Shown here one piece after another: positions 20,274 through 29,844 of a stretch of 64,000 nucleotides of DNA. How positions within the stretch are numbered: the stretch's first letter is position 1; every line of letters begins with the position of its first letter. A model generated the notes under the pieces. It saw only the letters and a list, made by a program, of their open reading frames with translations, had not been told where the DNA came from and searched no databases. Position numbers and translations under genes: made by a program. Source of the stretch: Promethearchaeota archaeon (GTDB lineage Archaea > Asgardarchaeota > Lokiarchaeia > Sigyniarchaeales > SOKP01); contig JBHLNS010000010.1 of NCBI GenBank assembly GCA_048941285.1, positions 1 to 64,000 on the forward strand, read 5' to 3'.

Positions 20274-20324
20274 TTTATAAACTTTTTCCCCATTTTCCTA
20301 CTTTTCCTACTTTTCCCACTTTTA
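20274..20324 (-). promoter_or_regulatory. BRE/TATA plus four 9-nt tandem direct repeats upstream of the AbrB-arsM unit
   Basis: Minus strand reads GTGGGAAAA-GTAGGAAAA-GTAGGAAAA-TGGGGAAAA-AG-TTTATAAA. Confidence 0.6.
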
Positions 20325-20480
20325 TAATTAAAAAAATGAACTTTTCTTAAAAAAAAAACATAGTAATGAGGAAAGCTTCGGAAGGCGAACTTTTTTATAT
20401 CAAAAAAATCATGATCTTTGAGCTTTCTACAAATTTCACTAATTAATAAATATTATATTGAAATGTATTTTACATAGATT

Positions 20481-20909
20481 ATGTCTAAACCTAGTTCTCT
20501 TAAATCTAAAGGATTTCACCCATTTGGAGATTTAATTGGATTTGAATTCACAAATCTAAAAAAAGGATATTCACAATGTGTTTTAAAGATTAATAAAAAT
20601 CATTTTAATCCACATAAAACTGTACACGGTGCTGTTATGTATTCAATGGCAGACACGGGTATGGGAGGTGCATTATATTCATTATTAGAAAAAGATGAGT
20701 CGTGTGCAACTGTAGAAATTAAAATTACATATTTTAAACCCGTTAAAGAAGGAACACTTATCTGTGATACAAAGGTAATTCATAGAGGCAAATCTTTTGG
20801 TGTCCTAGAGTCAGAGGTTATGAATGGAGAATTACTAGTTTCGAAGGCATATGGGACTTTTTCAATATTCAAAATTAGAAAAAATAATAAGAAAATTAAC
20901 CATGAATGA
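20481..20909 (+). CDS. PaaI family hotdog-fold thioesterase
   Basis: NPHKTVHGAVMYSMADTGMG, ATVEIKITYFKP. Confidence 0.9.
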   Translation: MSKPSSLKSKGFHPFGDLIGFEFTNLKKGYSQCVLKINKNHFNPHKTVHGAVMYSMADTGMGGALYSLLEKDESCATVEIKITYFKPVKEGTLICDTKVIHRGKSFGVLESEVMNGELLVSKAYGTFSIFKIRKNNKKINHE

Positions 20910-21249
20910 TAAAAAATGTAGAGTTATTAAAGATTATAATTCCCCTTATACAGATCCGTTATTCTTTAAGAAAGATGAGATAGTATCAATTGGTGAGAAA
21001 GATAGTGAATGGTCTGGATGGATTTGGTGTACTAATAAATTAGGTGAAAGCCGTTGGGTACCTGAAAATTATCTTAAAATTCGGGGAGAAAAAGGCATAA
21101 TAAAACGGGATTATAATGCTATAGAACTTAATGTGAAAATTGGAGAAGTATACAGTATTAAAGAAGAAGAAGCAGAATGGTATTGGGTTATAAATAAAGA
21201 GGGTAAAAGTGGTTGGGTTCCCATTAAAAATGTTCAATTAATTGAATAA
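20902..21249 (+). CDS. Tandem SH3-domain protein
   Basis: Two SH3-like units: VIKDY...L.F.K.E...GWIWC...WVPENYL and RDYNAIELNV..GE...WYW...GWVP..NV. Confidence 0.8.
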   Translation: MNDKKCRVIKDYNSPYTDPLFFKKDEIVSIGEKDSEWSGWIWCTNKLGESRWVPENYLKIRGEKGIIKRDYNAIELNVKIGEVYSIKEEEAEWYWVINKEGKSGWVPIKNVQLIE

Positions 21250-21285
21250 TTATGAAATCTTAGATTTTATGAATGAAATATTAAA

Positions 21286-22107
21286 TTGATTACCCGAATC
21301 ATGGTAAAACACTCCAACAGTAAAAATTGGTTTGAAATTATAAAGCAAAAAGAGTATCTTTATATAATCCGGGAGAGATTGGATGAAATTGATCCTCGGT
21401 TTTATACATTTTATATTAATTCATTCGTTATAGAGGGTTCTCATTCTGCGTTATTAATTGATACCGGCTCTGGATTATTTCCAATTAAACCAATTATCAG
21501 TGACCTTATTTTAGATAAAAAATTGATTGTAATAAACACTCATTCTCATTTTGATCATATTGGTGGAAATCATGAGTTTAATGAGGTTCTAATTCACAAG
21601 AAAGAACGGAACGAAATTTCTAAACCGCATGACATTTCATTCTTTAAAAATTCATCTAAAGAAATGGCTAAACTTTATGAGAAATTAAATTATACTCTTC
21701 CACCTACCAATAATATCCATTCAATAAAAGATGGCTTTACGTTAGATCTGGGTGAATTATCAGTGAAGATAATTCATACCCCTGGACATTCAGCGGGTTC
21801 AATTTGCTTGCTAACCAGTAGAAATGAATTTTTCAGCGGAGACTCAGCTCATTATGGTACTATGTACCTCTATAAAAAGAATTTTTCAATTATGCTCTCT
21901 AACCTTTCAAAATTACTAGATTTATTTCAAGAAACTAAAATTGAAATTTACCCTTCACACGAAGAATTTGCTGTTGGTAAAGAATTATTAATTGACCTTA
22001 GTAAGGGAATAAAAAATATCGATAATATCTGGGATACAAAAGTTCGAGATGAATTTTTAGAAGCTTGGATATTAAATGATGAAATTTTTAAATACGTAAT
22101 ATTCTAA
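21286..22107 (+). CDS. Metallo-beta-lactamase-fold hydrolase
   Basis: LIDTG, THSHFDHIGG, TPGHSAGS, SGD, PSH. Confidence 0.9.
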   Translation: MITRIMVKHSNSKNWFEIIKQKEYLYIIRERLDEIDPRFYTFYINSFVIEGSHSALLIDTGSGLFPIKPIISDLILDKKLIVINTHSHFDHIGGNHEFNEVLIHKKERNEISKPHDISFFKNSSKEMAKLYEKLNYTLPPTNNIHSIKDGFTLDLGELSVKIIHTPGHSAGSICLLTSRNEFFSGDSAHYGTMYLYKKNFSIMLSNLSKLLDLFQETKIEIYPSHEEFAVGKELLIDLSKGIKNIDNIWDTKVRDEFLEAWILNDEIFKYVIF

Positions 22108-22223
22108 TAATTCCTATTTCTCTCCAAAACAAAATATTTTGATTTATATAACATCAAGGAAGAAACTTTTTAAGTATTTTCTAATAAACGAAGTTATAAT
22201 ATAACTGAAAAGGAGCATTTGGT

Positions 22224-23009
22224 ATGACTAAGACTCATAATGGATTAAATGAAACCTTAAAAACTATTTTTAGTTTAAGATCAACTCGAAATTATTCTGA
22301 AAAGCAGATATCCAAAGACGATTTAAATCTAATAATAAGGGCTTCAGTAAGAGCTGCTAATGCCTCAGGAAGGCAAAGTTATTCAATAATTGTTGTCGAT
22401 GATAATTATCTTTTAAAAAAGTATTTCTATTCTGCTAACATAGGTTTACTGTTTTGTGTAGATTTTAATAGAATCATTGATGCTGCTAAACATTTAAATC
22501 ATACTTTTGCTTTGAATAATCTAAGATTTTTTATTACAGGATCGACTGACACTATTCTTGCTGCTCAAACAGCTGCTATTGCAGCAAAATCTCTAGCAAT
22601 CGACTCATTATTTACTAATAGTGTTCATAGAGAAGAATTAAAAGTTGTTTATGAAGATTTCAAACTTCCTGATATGTTTTGCTTTCCTTTAATCGCCCTT
22701 TGCTTGGGTTATGCCTCCAAAGAACCAAAAATTTTGAAAGGGCGTTTAAATAGCTTGGGAGTTGTTCATCATAATAAATACCATCGATTATCAGAAGGGG
22801 AATTAGATAAAGTTATTCAAGAATATGATGATGAGGAAAAACATATAGCTCTTTCATGGGAAAATTGGAAAGAAACAGGTTTTAAGCATTACCTAGATTG
22901 GTTTTATACCAAATGGTCACGAGAAATACCAAAAGAAAAATTACAGGAATTCCACTTAACATTAAAGAAAACTGGATTTATAGATCCAAAATGGTACAAT
23001 GATGTGTAG
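22224..23009 (+). CDS. Nitroreductase family protein
   Basis: LRSTRNYS, QSYSII, AAQTAAIAAKSLAIDS, PLIALCLGY. Confidence 0.85.
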   Translation: MTKTHNGLNETLKTIFSLRSTRNYSEKQISKDDLNLIIRASVRAANASGRQSYSIIVVDDNYLLKKYFYSANIGLLFCVDFNRIIDAAKHLNHTFALNNLRFFITGSTDTILAAQTAAIAAKSLAIDSLFTNSVHREELKVVYEDFKLPDMFCFPLIALCLGYASKEPKILKGRLNSLGVVHHNKYHRLSEGELDKVIQEYDDEEKHIALSWENWKETGFKHYLDWFYTKWSREIPKEKLQEFHLTLKKTGFIDPKWYNDV

Positions 23010-23032
23010 ATTTGGATAGTAAATGCATTTAA

Positions 23033-23590
23033 TTATTTTAATTTAATGTGAGTATATCCTTTTTGGTTAAGGATTTCCATTAATAAAACCCCAAATATAG
23101 TTTGTACATTTTCTCCTGTTTTTGATGAACATTCAATATAGCCATGAAGTTTATGTAATTCCATCAAATCCATTGCTTCTTCTTTATTACAGACTCTTTG
23201 TTCTTTAAGGTCGAGTTTACTACCAACCATTAAAATAGGAATATTTCTTGATATTTTTCGAACTTCTGGAAGCCAATTAATCATATTAACGAGTGTTTCA
23301 TAATTTGTAAGGTCAAATACGAAAATTCCTCCAGATGATCCTTGAGCATACGCAGGTAATAGGAATTTGAACTTATCTTCACCACCAAAATCCCATACTT
23401 GGAGTGTTACTCTTCCATTTTCTATATCTAATAACTTAATATGGATAGCTGCTCCTAAAGTCGATTTAATATCATCAAAAAATTTATTAGTTAGATACCG
23501 ACTTATGAGAGTAGTTTTCCCAACTCCACTATCCCCAAAAACACAAATTTTGTATGTAAGGTTTAATCCTTCCTCTTCATTCATGACCAT
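23033..23590 (-). CDS. Rab-like small GTPase (Ras superfamily)
   Basis: G1 GDSGVGKT, G2 STLG, G3 WDFGGE, G4 SKLD, G5 CSSK. Confidence 0.93.
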   Translation of the reverse strand: MVMNEEEGLNLTYKICVFGDSGVGKTTLISRYLTNKFFDDIKSTLGAAIHIKLLDIENGRVTLQVWDFGGEDKFKFLLPAYAQGSSGGIFVFDLTNYETLVNMINWLPEVRKISRNIPILMVGSKLDLKEQRVCNKEEAMDLMELHKLHGYIECSSKTGENVQTIFGVLLMEILNQKGYTHIKLK

Positions 23591-23868
23591 TTCAAAATAT
23601 CACTATATATATCTTCAAAGGTTGATGAGTTCTTCACATAAAATATTACTTTTTTATACCATTTTGTTTAGAACTAATAATTTGTGGCAGAGTACTTTCT
23701 CCTTATTAAGATCTTTTTTAATAAATTTAAACATTTAGGTCTTAAATTTTATAAAAGATTTTTAGATGAACCTCAAATAACTTTAAATAATAAATTCTCA
23801 ATAAAACAATGATATCTAATAAATATATGGCTAGTGATGCGATTTTACGGTATAAAGGCTTTAAGATC

Positions 23869-24813
23869 TTAAGACTCTGCTCCTTTTTTAAATTCAAAGG
23901 AAATTATTGCCGTGTCTTTTATTCCTAATTTCGTGCTTAATTTTCTAATATAATTTATCCTCCTTTTTCTTATTAAATCATTAAGGATTACAGATGGCAC
24001 TAAAGAGATTATCAAATAAAGCGGCATTCCCAACCATAATATTAAGCTAGGAATATTAAAAATATTTCCAGGTAATCCATAATTAGCAGTAAATCTGGTT
24101 ATAAAATCATTTACTGTCAAGATGTACGTAAGAATAGCACCAATGCCTGCATAACTTCTAAGAATTGTTTGAAACCATTCACCTATAGACTTTAGGACAA
24201 TTGGTTCAGTAGAATTCTCAATTTTATCTTTGTTGGAGTATATTATTCCTGAGTCTCTCAAGAACCAAACAGAAGAGAAGAACATTGTTGCTAAACCAAA
24301 AGTTAACATTAATAATATGGTTTCCGCAAAAAATCTTGTTAGCATTGGGATTCTAGAAACATTATCAAAAATATTTGTTATATCTGCTGATAATATGAAT
24401 TCAACTATATTAGGAGTAAAAAGAATAGAAGATAAATTAATTGCCATTAACACTGGAAAAAAACCTTGAGAAAACAGGAGTATTTTTTCGTTACGTTTTT
24501 CTAACTGTATTCCATAATGCATTCTTGAGCCAAAAAACTTTTTATGCAAGAATAAAATAATAGGACTTATAAGATAGCCTCCAATAAGTAGGCCTATTAA
24601 AGCAGAAAGAGGAAGTATAATAATGAATATAAATCCAAGTTCTAAAAGTACATCATCTAAAGGTATAAAACGAGATAGATCAATTGGAATCGCTGGTCTA
24701 AAGAACATTTCTAAAATAATTATTATAATTATCCAAAAAACGAAATAAATACAATATAATATTATTAGCTTTTTATACTTGGAAATATTCATGAGAGTGA
24801 AAGTCTTGGACAA
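23869..24813 (-). CDS. Hypothetical multi-pass membrane protein
   Basis: About 6 hydrophobic segments; no family recognised. Confidence 0.7.
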   Translation of the reverse strand: MSKTFTLMNISKYKKLIILYCIYFVFWIIIIIILEMFFRPAIPIDLSRFIPLDDVLLELGFIFIIILPLSALIGLLIGGYLISPIILFLHKKFFGSRMHYGIQLEKRNEKILLFSQGFFPVLMAINLSSILFTPNIVEFILSADITNIFDNVSRIPMLTRFFAETILLMLTFGLATMFFSSVWFLRDSGIIYSNKDKIENSTEPIVLKSIGEWFQTILRSYAGIGAILTYILTVNDFITRFTANYGLPGNIFNIPSLILWLGMPLYLIISLVPSVILNDLIRKRRINYIRKLSTKLGIKDTAIISFEFKKGAES

Positions 24814-24864
24814 TTTTTAAGAGCTTCTTTGTAAATAATTAAGTTTTTGATAAATTTAATAATT

Positions 24865-25596
24865 TCACTTTGAGTTAAGCAACTTATTTTTTTTCCACCA
24901 ATAAGGAATATCAAAAGGAGTTAATATTTTATCATTATAGAGTAATATTTTATCCTCTATAAAAGAAAATGCAAAACCCCCAAGATAATTTATCCACTTT
25001 TTACTTGGAGGTATTCCAAACCAACCAAATCTCAATGCCAATAAATGTAAGTCATGGGTTACATGAATATCCAAAGTCTTTTCAGGAGCTTTTTCAACAT
25101 TCTCCCACATTATATCTGCTGCTTTTTGAGAATATTCAATTAAAGGGGTCCAAAGTTTAGGGGAATAAAGACCTGCACTCCAACGGTTGAAAATCTTAAA
25201 TATATCGTATTTTTTGTTCTCTTCTAAAAAAAGTTCTAAATTAATACCTATATGATATAAAGGGAGTAAGTCTCCTTTCAAAACGACATCACCTCCAATT
25301 TCTTTAAAACCATTGAAAATGTCTTCAGCAGTATCCTTGCATCTACCAGCTTTACTGTGAAATAAGCGAATTCGTTTATCTTTTGGTAAATTTTTACCAA
25401 AAAAATTAGCTATTTTTCTTCCTTCAGGAGTTAAGCTTAAATCTGCGTCTACATCGAAAATCTCAGGTTCATTTCTTTGAGAATGTCTTAAAAGAAGAGT
25501 TATTTTTGAATCATTTGGAAATTTCTTAAGACCTTCAATTACTTGTTGTGCCTCTGATGACCACTCAGCTTCCTTCCAGATTTTATCGATATCCAT
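24865..25596 (-). CDS. Histidine phosphatase family protein
   Basis: LLRHS, LTPEG, S...RCKDTA, VTHD motifs. Confidence 0.85.
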   Translation of the reverse strand: MDIDKIWKEAEWSSEAQQVIEGLKKFPNDSKITLLLRHSQRNEPEIFDVDADLSLTPEGRKIANFFGKNLPKDKRIRLFHSKAGRCKDTAEDIFNGFKEIGGDVVLKGDLLPLYHIGINLELFLEENKKYDIFKIFNRWSAGLYSPKLWTPLIEYSQKAADIMWENVEKAPEKTLDIHVTHDLHLLALRFGWFGIPPSKKWINYLGGFAFSFIEDKILLYNDKILTPFDIPYWWKKNKLLNSK

Positions 25597-25680
25597 AGAA
25601 TTTTAAATTTTGTATATCTTTAGAAAATTTTCTTTTTGTAAATTTAATATTCAATTGAAGCATGAAAAGAAATATCAAAA

Positions 25681-26016
25681 TTATTTATCGCTTAATCCAG
25701 TTAATACTTGTTCCATTTTTTTGCGATAAATATCAAAAGCCTCCCTGCCTTGTTTACTTAGTTTCAAGATAGTTTGAGGTTTTTTACCCTTAAACTTTTT
25801 CTCTACATTTACATAGCCTACTGATTCAAGCTTGTTTAAATGGGATGATAGATTTCCATCAGTTAGTCCTGTTTGGTTCCTTAAGAAGACGAAATCAGCA
25901 CTCTCGACAACATATAAATATGACATAATCATCAACCTTGCTGGTTCATGAATAACTTTGTTAATATCAGTGAGAGGTTGGATAATATCATCTGACTCCG
26001 CCTTCTTCTTTGTCAT
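25681..26016 (-). CDS. Winged-helix transcriptional regulator (HTH_34/ArsR-MarR-like)
   Basis: IHEPARLMIMSYL...DFVFLRNQTGLTDGNLSSHLNKLESVGYV.V.K.F.GKKPQT. Confidence 0.9.
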   Translation of the reverse strand: MTKKKAESDDIIQPLTDINKVIHEPARLMIMSYLYVVESADFVFLRNQTGLTDGNLSSHLNKLESVGYVNVEKKFKGKKPQTILKLSKQGREAFDIYRKKMEQVLTGLSDK

Positions 26017-26026
26017 ATAATATCAC

Positions 26027-26662
26027 CTATTTTGGTATGGGAAATTTTTTTAAAAACCGAATAAAATTATATAAACCGATAATAATAATTCCAGCACCAA
26101 TTATACCAAACGTAAGAAGAGTATCTAAGGGAGACCCTACAAGGGGATGAATCAAATATGTTAAAAATAGTCCAATTCCTGCAAAAAAAGCGTAATAATA
26201 CAGTCTAGTGAAATCTAAAAAATAAGCAACGATACATAAAGGAAAAGTGAAAAATCCAATTCCTAATATCAGTGTTAAAAGAAGTGGTTCAAGTTGTATG
26301 TTTCTGAGTAAGCCTGTAAAAGGTAAAATGGCTAAAATTAAATTCACTATGGCGAATAAAGCTAAAAATATTTTGAGTTTTAGTTGTCTTGACTTGCGTT
26401 TTGGGCCAAATTTAACAAATCCGATACGTGGGATTGTGATGAACTTTTTACCTAAATAGAATATTAAAAATGCTATGATATTTAACACTAAAGCAGGAAT
26501 AATCATAATCCAAACTTCAGATAAATCAAAAAGTGAGCCTATTGACGTTCCAATCCCCAAACTTAAAATTATCATGCCCATAAACAAATCCCATAATCCA
26601 TCATCAAACACAGACCTATAAGCTTTTTTTTCAAGTGATTTTAGATCAATTTTTTCTGCCAT
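26027..26662 (-). CDS. Multi-TM membrane protein, tandem paralog 3
   Basis: Shared motifs IDLK..EKK, DGL.D...G, PR.G..KFG, AYFL.FTRLY, RFLKKFPIPK. Confidence 0.8.
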   Translation of the reverse strand: MAEKIDLKSLEKKAYRSVFDDGLWDLFMGMIILSLGIGTSIGSLFDLSEVWIMIIPALVLNIIAFLIFYLGKKFITIPRIGFVKFGPKRKSRQLKLKIFLALFAIVNLILAILPFTGLLRNIQLEPLLLTLILGIGFFTFPLCIVAYFLDFTRLYYYAFFAGIGLFLTYLIHPLVGSPLDTLLTFGIIGAGIIIIGLYNFIRFLKKFPIPK

Positions 26663-26665
26663 ATA

Positions 26666-27304
26666 CTAAGAAATCTCCTCTTTTGGTAATGGATATTTTT
26701 TAAGAAATCGAATAAAAATTACTAAGCCTATGATTAAAATTATACAGCCGATAATCCCATATGATAATAACCATCTAATTCTATAATCCATGAATGCGTG
26801 TAATAAGTCATTAATTAATACTGCTAACCATATAAGCATACCAATAAAATATAGTCGCGAAAACTTCATTAAATAAGCTATTATGGCGCAAATAGGTATG
26901 ATAAATAAGCCAATAATTAATATAAAAACTATCCCTTGAACTTGTATTCCAGAACCATTTCCAACAACTAGTAAAGAAAGAAAGATTATCTGAATTACAA
27001 ATTGAACCGAAATGACAACAATTAATTTTTTTCCTATTGATTTTAAAGAAGTTCCAGGTTTTGCAATTCCAGTTCGAGGCTGAATGACATATTTTATGAT
27101 AAAGATAGGGACCACACATGCAATACTAACAATAATTAGTGGCCATAAAAAATAATTATAAGGTGTAGGTAAACCCTCACGAAAGATTGGCCCAAAAGAC
27201 ATTCCAGTAACAACAAAACCAAGTATTATATCAAAAAGACCATGTTGATGAGCCGTTTTGAGAACATTTTTCTCTATAGTCTTTAAATCAATATTTTTAT
27301 TCAT
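26666..27304 (-). CDS. Multi-TM membrane protein, tandem paralog 2
   Basis: Same motif set (IDLKTIEK, HGLFD, PRTG, AYLMKFSRLY, RFLKKYPLPK). Confidence 0.8.
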   Translation of the reverse strand: MNKNIDLKTIEKNVLKTAHQHGLFDIILGFVVTGMSFGPIFREGLPTPYNYFLWPLIIVSIACVVPIFIIKYVIQPRTGIAKPGTSLKSIGKKLIVVISVQFVIQIIFLSLLVVGNGSGIQVQGIVFILIIGLFIIPICAIIAYLMKFSRLYFIGMLIWLAVLINDLLHAFMDYRIRWLLSYGIIGCIILIIGLVIFIRFLKKYPLPKEEIS

Positions 27305-27307
27305 AAA

Positions 27308-27955
27308 TTAAGGTGTCTCCTGTTTTGATAATGGATATTTCCTGATAAATTTTACTAGAGATACAACCCCAATGAAGATAATGATACAGCTTACAATTCC
27401 GAATGCTGTCAAAGCATCGAATGGTTCTGGGATAATAAAAAAGAATAATTCTGATAGAAAGAAACTTAATCCCACCAAAATAGCTATAAAATACAATCTA
27501 GTATATTGAAGGAAATATGCTGCAAAAGATAATGGAGCTGTTATAAATAGTAATCCTATAATTAATCCCTCTATATAACCCGGAAAAATTGATCTCAAGG
27601 CTGGATTTACTAATCGTAAAATAAAAAGAATTAAGAGAATAACCGAATTAATAGATAACACTATTATTATTTTTAATTTCCGGGACTTTTGTCTAAATCC
27701 AAATTTTACAACTCCTAAACGGGGCTGTGTAATAAATTTTTTACCGAGTAAAAATAGAACTAACCCAATTATGATGAGAATTATTGGTAATAAGCTATCA
27801 AAAGGTTCAGGTAATAAATCCCCTAGGGTTATGCCTATACCAATACTTAGAACCAACATACCAAAGTAGATATCTAGGAGACCGTCCTCAAGGGTAGATT
27901 TCCATGTTTTCTTTTCAATTTCCTTTAAATCAATTTTATTTGTTATCTTTCTCAC
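27308..27955 (-). CDS. Multi-TM membrane protein, tandem paralog 1
   Basis: Same motif set (IDLKEIEKK, DGLLDIYFG, PRLGVVKFG, AYFLQYTRLY, KFIRKYPLSK). Confidence 0.8.
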   Translation of the reverse strand: MRKITNKIDLKEIEKKTWKSTLEDGLLDIYFGMLVLSIGIGITLGDLLPEPFDSLLPIILIIIGLVLFLLGKKFITQPRLGVVKFGFRQKSRKLKIIIVLSINSVILLILFILRLVNPALRSIFPGYIEGLIIGLLFITAPLSFAAYFLQYTRLYFIAILVGLSFFLSELFFFIIPEPFDALTAFGIVSCIIIFIGVVSLVKFIRKYPLSKQETP

Positions 27956-27969
27956 CTTGATGTTAAATC

Positions 27970-28065
27970 TTAAAAGATACTATTTAAGTACATCATGAGA
28001 GCCACCACAAGTATAGAAAAAAATACAATAAATAGTATGATTCTTAAAAGTAATATCTTTTTCAT
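27970..28065 (-). CDS. Unannotated 31-aa hydrophobic peptide MKKILLLRIILFIVFFSILVVALMMYLNSIF
   Basis: Translated by hand; AAGGAGG RBS 8 nt upstream; fills the gap between the permease and the tandem paralogs in operon direction. Confidence 0.65.
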   Translation of the reverse strand: MKKILLLRIILFIVFFSILVVALMMYLNSIF

Positions 28066-28157
28066 TTATTTCTCCTCCTTTGATATATTTTTTTTTATTT
28101 TTCACTTGATAATTTGTTAAAAAAAAAAGAAAAAAATGAGATTTATCAGTTATAATT

Positions 28158-29837
28158 TTATTCTAGTTTATTCAATTTTTTCATGCCAAAATATAGTAGT
28201 GGAATGCTAACCCCCATATTGTAAAGAAATATAGGAACCTGTATTAATAATCTCATAAATTCAATACTCCCTGGTCCAATGAAGATTAATAATCCTATAG
28301 GAAGAAACATTAATGGTTGCATAAGTAACATTGAGGTCATTGCATTTCCACGCATACTTGAATCTTTTTCTCCAAAAGCGGGAGAAATGCATTGGAGCCC
28401 CATTGCTTGACACATCGATATCTGAGCAAATAATAAAAATTCGATAAAGAAAATAACTGTATTTACAATGTCTATATTTGAGAATATTGTTAGCATTGTA
28501 GTTACAAATATTGCTAAAAATATATTGAAGATTAACATCATTAGCAAATAAGAGTATACTAATGCTTTTATTCCCCTTGGAGATCGCTTATAGACCCATA
28601 TTAAATCCTTTGAATCAATAAAGGCAAGATGTCCTATGATTATGCTTCCTATCCCCCCTCCAATAGCGATTAATAGTGTAGAGACAAATACAATACCAAA
28701 GGCATCATCATCCATGCTCGACATAAACCAACTCATAAATCCTAGAAGACCTATAACATAAGCAATCCTCGCAATATTGGCCTTTTTCCTGAAAAATCTC
28801 TTGCATTGTACAATAATTAAACCACCCCATTTACGACCAGATATTTTCCTTAGAAGCTTATAAAATGGTTTTTCATGTTCGATAATTGTAATATTACTCC
28901 TTTCGATTCCTACTTCTAAAGTATAAAACGATTCAGCTTTTCTATATGAGAAGTAAATTGTAAGGACTGGGATCCCAACAGCTAATAGAATGCTTAACCA
29001 TATATTCAGGATGAACGCACTGAGTAAAACCGGATCTATAGAGTAGAGTATGATATTTGAATACCAAAGAGAAGGATAAAATGCTAACCAATTTTTTAAT
29101 TCAGGATGTTCCAATAAGAAATTAAGGAAAAAAATAACTGCATACATTATGACAACCATTAATATTGTAAAGACCCATATTAGGGCTTTTCCTAAATCCC
29201 TTGCTTTTTCATTTTTAGAAATTTTATGCTCAAACCAACTAGCAACAATAGACCCTATTAGATTAGCAAAATATACATGTCCAAAGACTGTTCCATATAT
29301 TATTACATATTGAAACAAAGTTAAATTAATGATAGGATTTATCATTCCCACAATGATTGGAGCAAGTATTAAGATTGAAATTGAATAGATAGGAGATTTG
29401 CCTAAAAATTCGCCTAAGAATATATCCCTTGCTTTAATTGGGGTAGCAAGTAATGTCTCTTTAGAACCAACTTGATCTTCTCTATATACATTGTTTAATG
29501 GATAAATTACAAGAACTAGGAATAATGTCATCATGAGAGATTCGATGACAAGGGCTACTACAGGTTTAAATACATCAGAAAATTGAGTCGCTAAAGTTGG
29601 CATAAACAAATCGAATAGATATGGAGCTATAATAATAGCCCATATACATAGAAGTGAATATACTCCAATAAAAAATGCCCTACGATGATTTCTAACGCTA
29701 CTTGTTCTTATCCTTATCTCATTCTTAGCCACTATTTTCCATAAATTTCTTTTTTGATTTAAGAACTTAATTAAATCTCGCCTTTCAGTTTCAGCTACGG
29801 TTTTATCAATTAATTCTTCAGTCTCTAGAACCGTCAT
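28158..29837 (-). CDS. ABC exporter permease (paralog of 1296-2909); probable start 29837
   Basis: LWKIVAKNEIRIRTS, LLATPIKARDIFLGEFLGK and WVYKRSPR motifs shared with the paralog; GAGGT RBS before MTVLE. Confidence 0.8.
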   Translation of the reverse strand: MTVLETEELIDKTVAETERRDLIKFLNQKRNLWKIVAKNEIRIRTSSVRNHRRAFFIGVYSLLCIWAIIIAPYLFDLFMPTLATQFSDVFKPVVALVIESLMMTLFLVLVIYPLNNVYREDQVGSKETLLATPIKARDIFLGEFLGKSPIYSISILILAPIIVGMINPIINLTLFQYVIIYGTVFGHVYFANLIGSIVASWFEHKISKNEKARDLGKALIWVFTILMVVIMYAVIFFLNFLLEHPELKNWLAFYPSLWYSNIILYSIDPVLLSAFILNIWLSILLAVGIPVLTIYFSYRKAESFYTLEVGIERSNITIIEHEKPFYKLLRKISGRKWGGLIIVQCKRFFRKKANIARIAYVIGLLGFMSWFMSSMDDDAFGIVFVSTLLIAIGGGIGSIIIGHLAFIDSKDLIWVYKRSPRGIKALVYSYLLMMLIFNIFLAIFVTTMLTIFSNIDIVNTVIFFIEFLLFAQISMCQAMGLQCISPAFGEKDSSMRGNAMTSMLLMQPLMFLPIGLLIFIGPGSIEFMRLLIQVPIFLYNMGVSIPLLYFGMKKLNKLE

Positions 29838-29844
29838 TTTAAGA

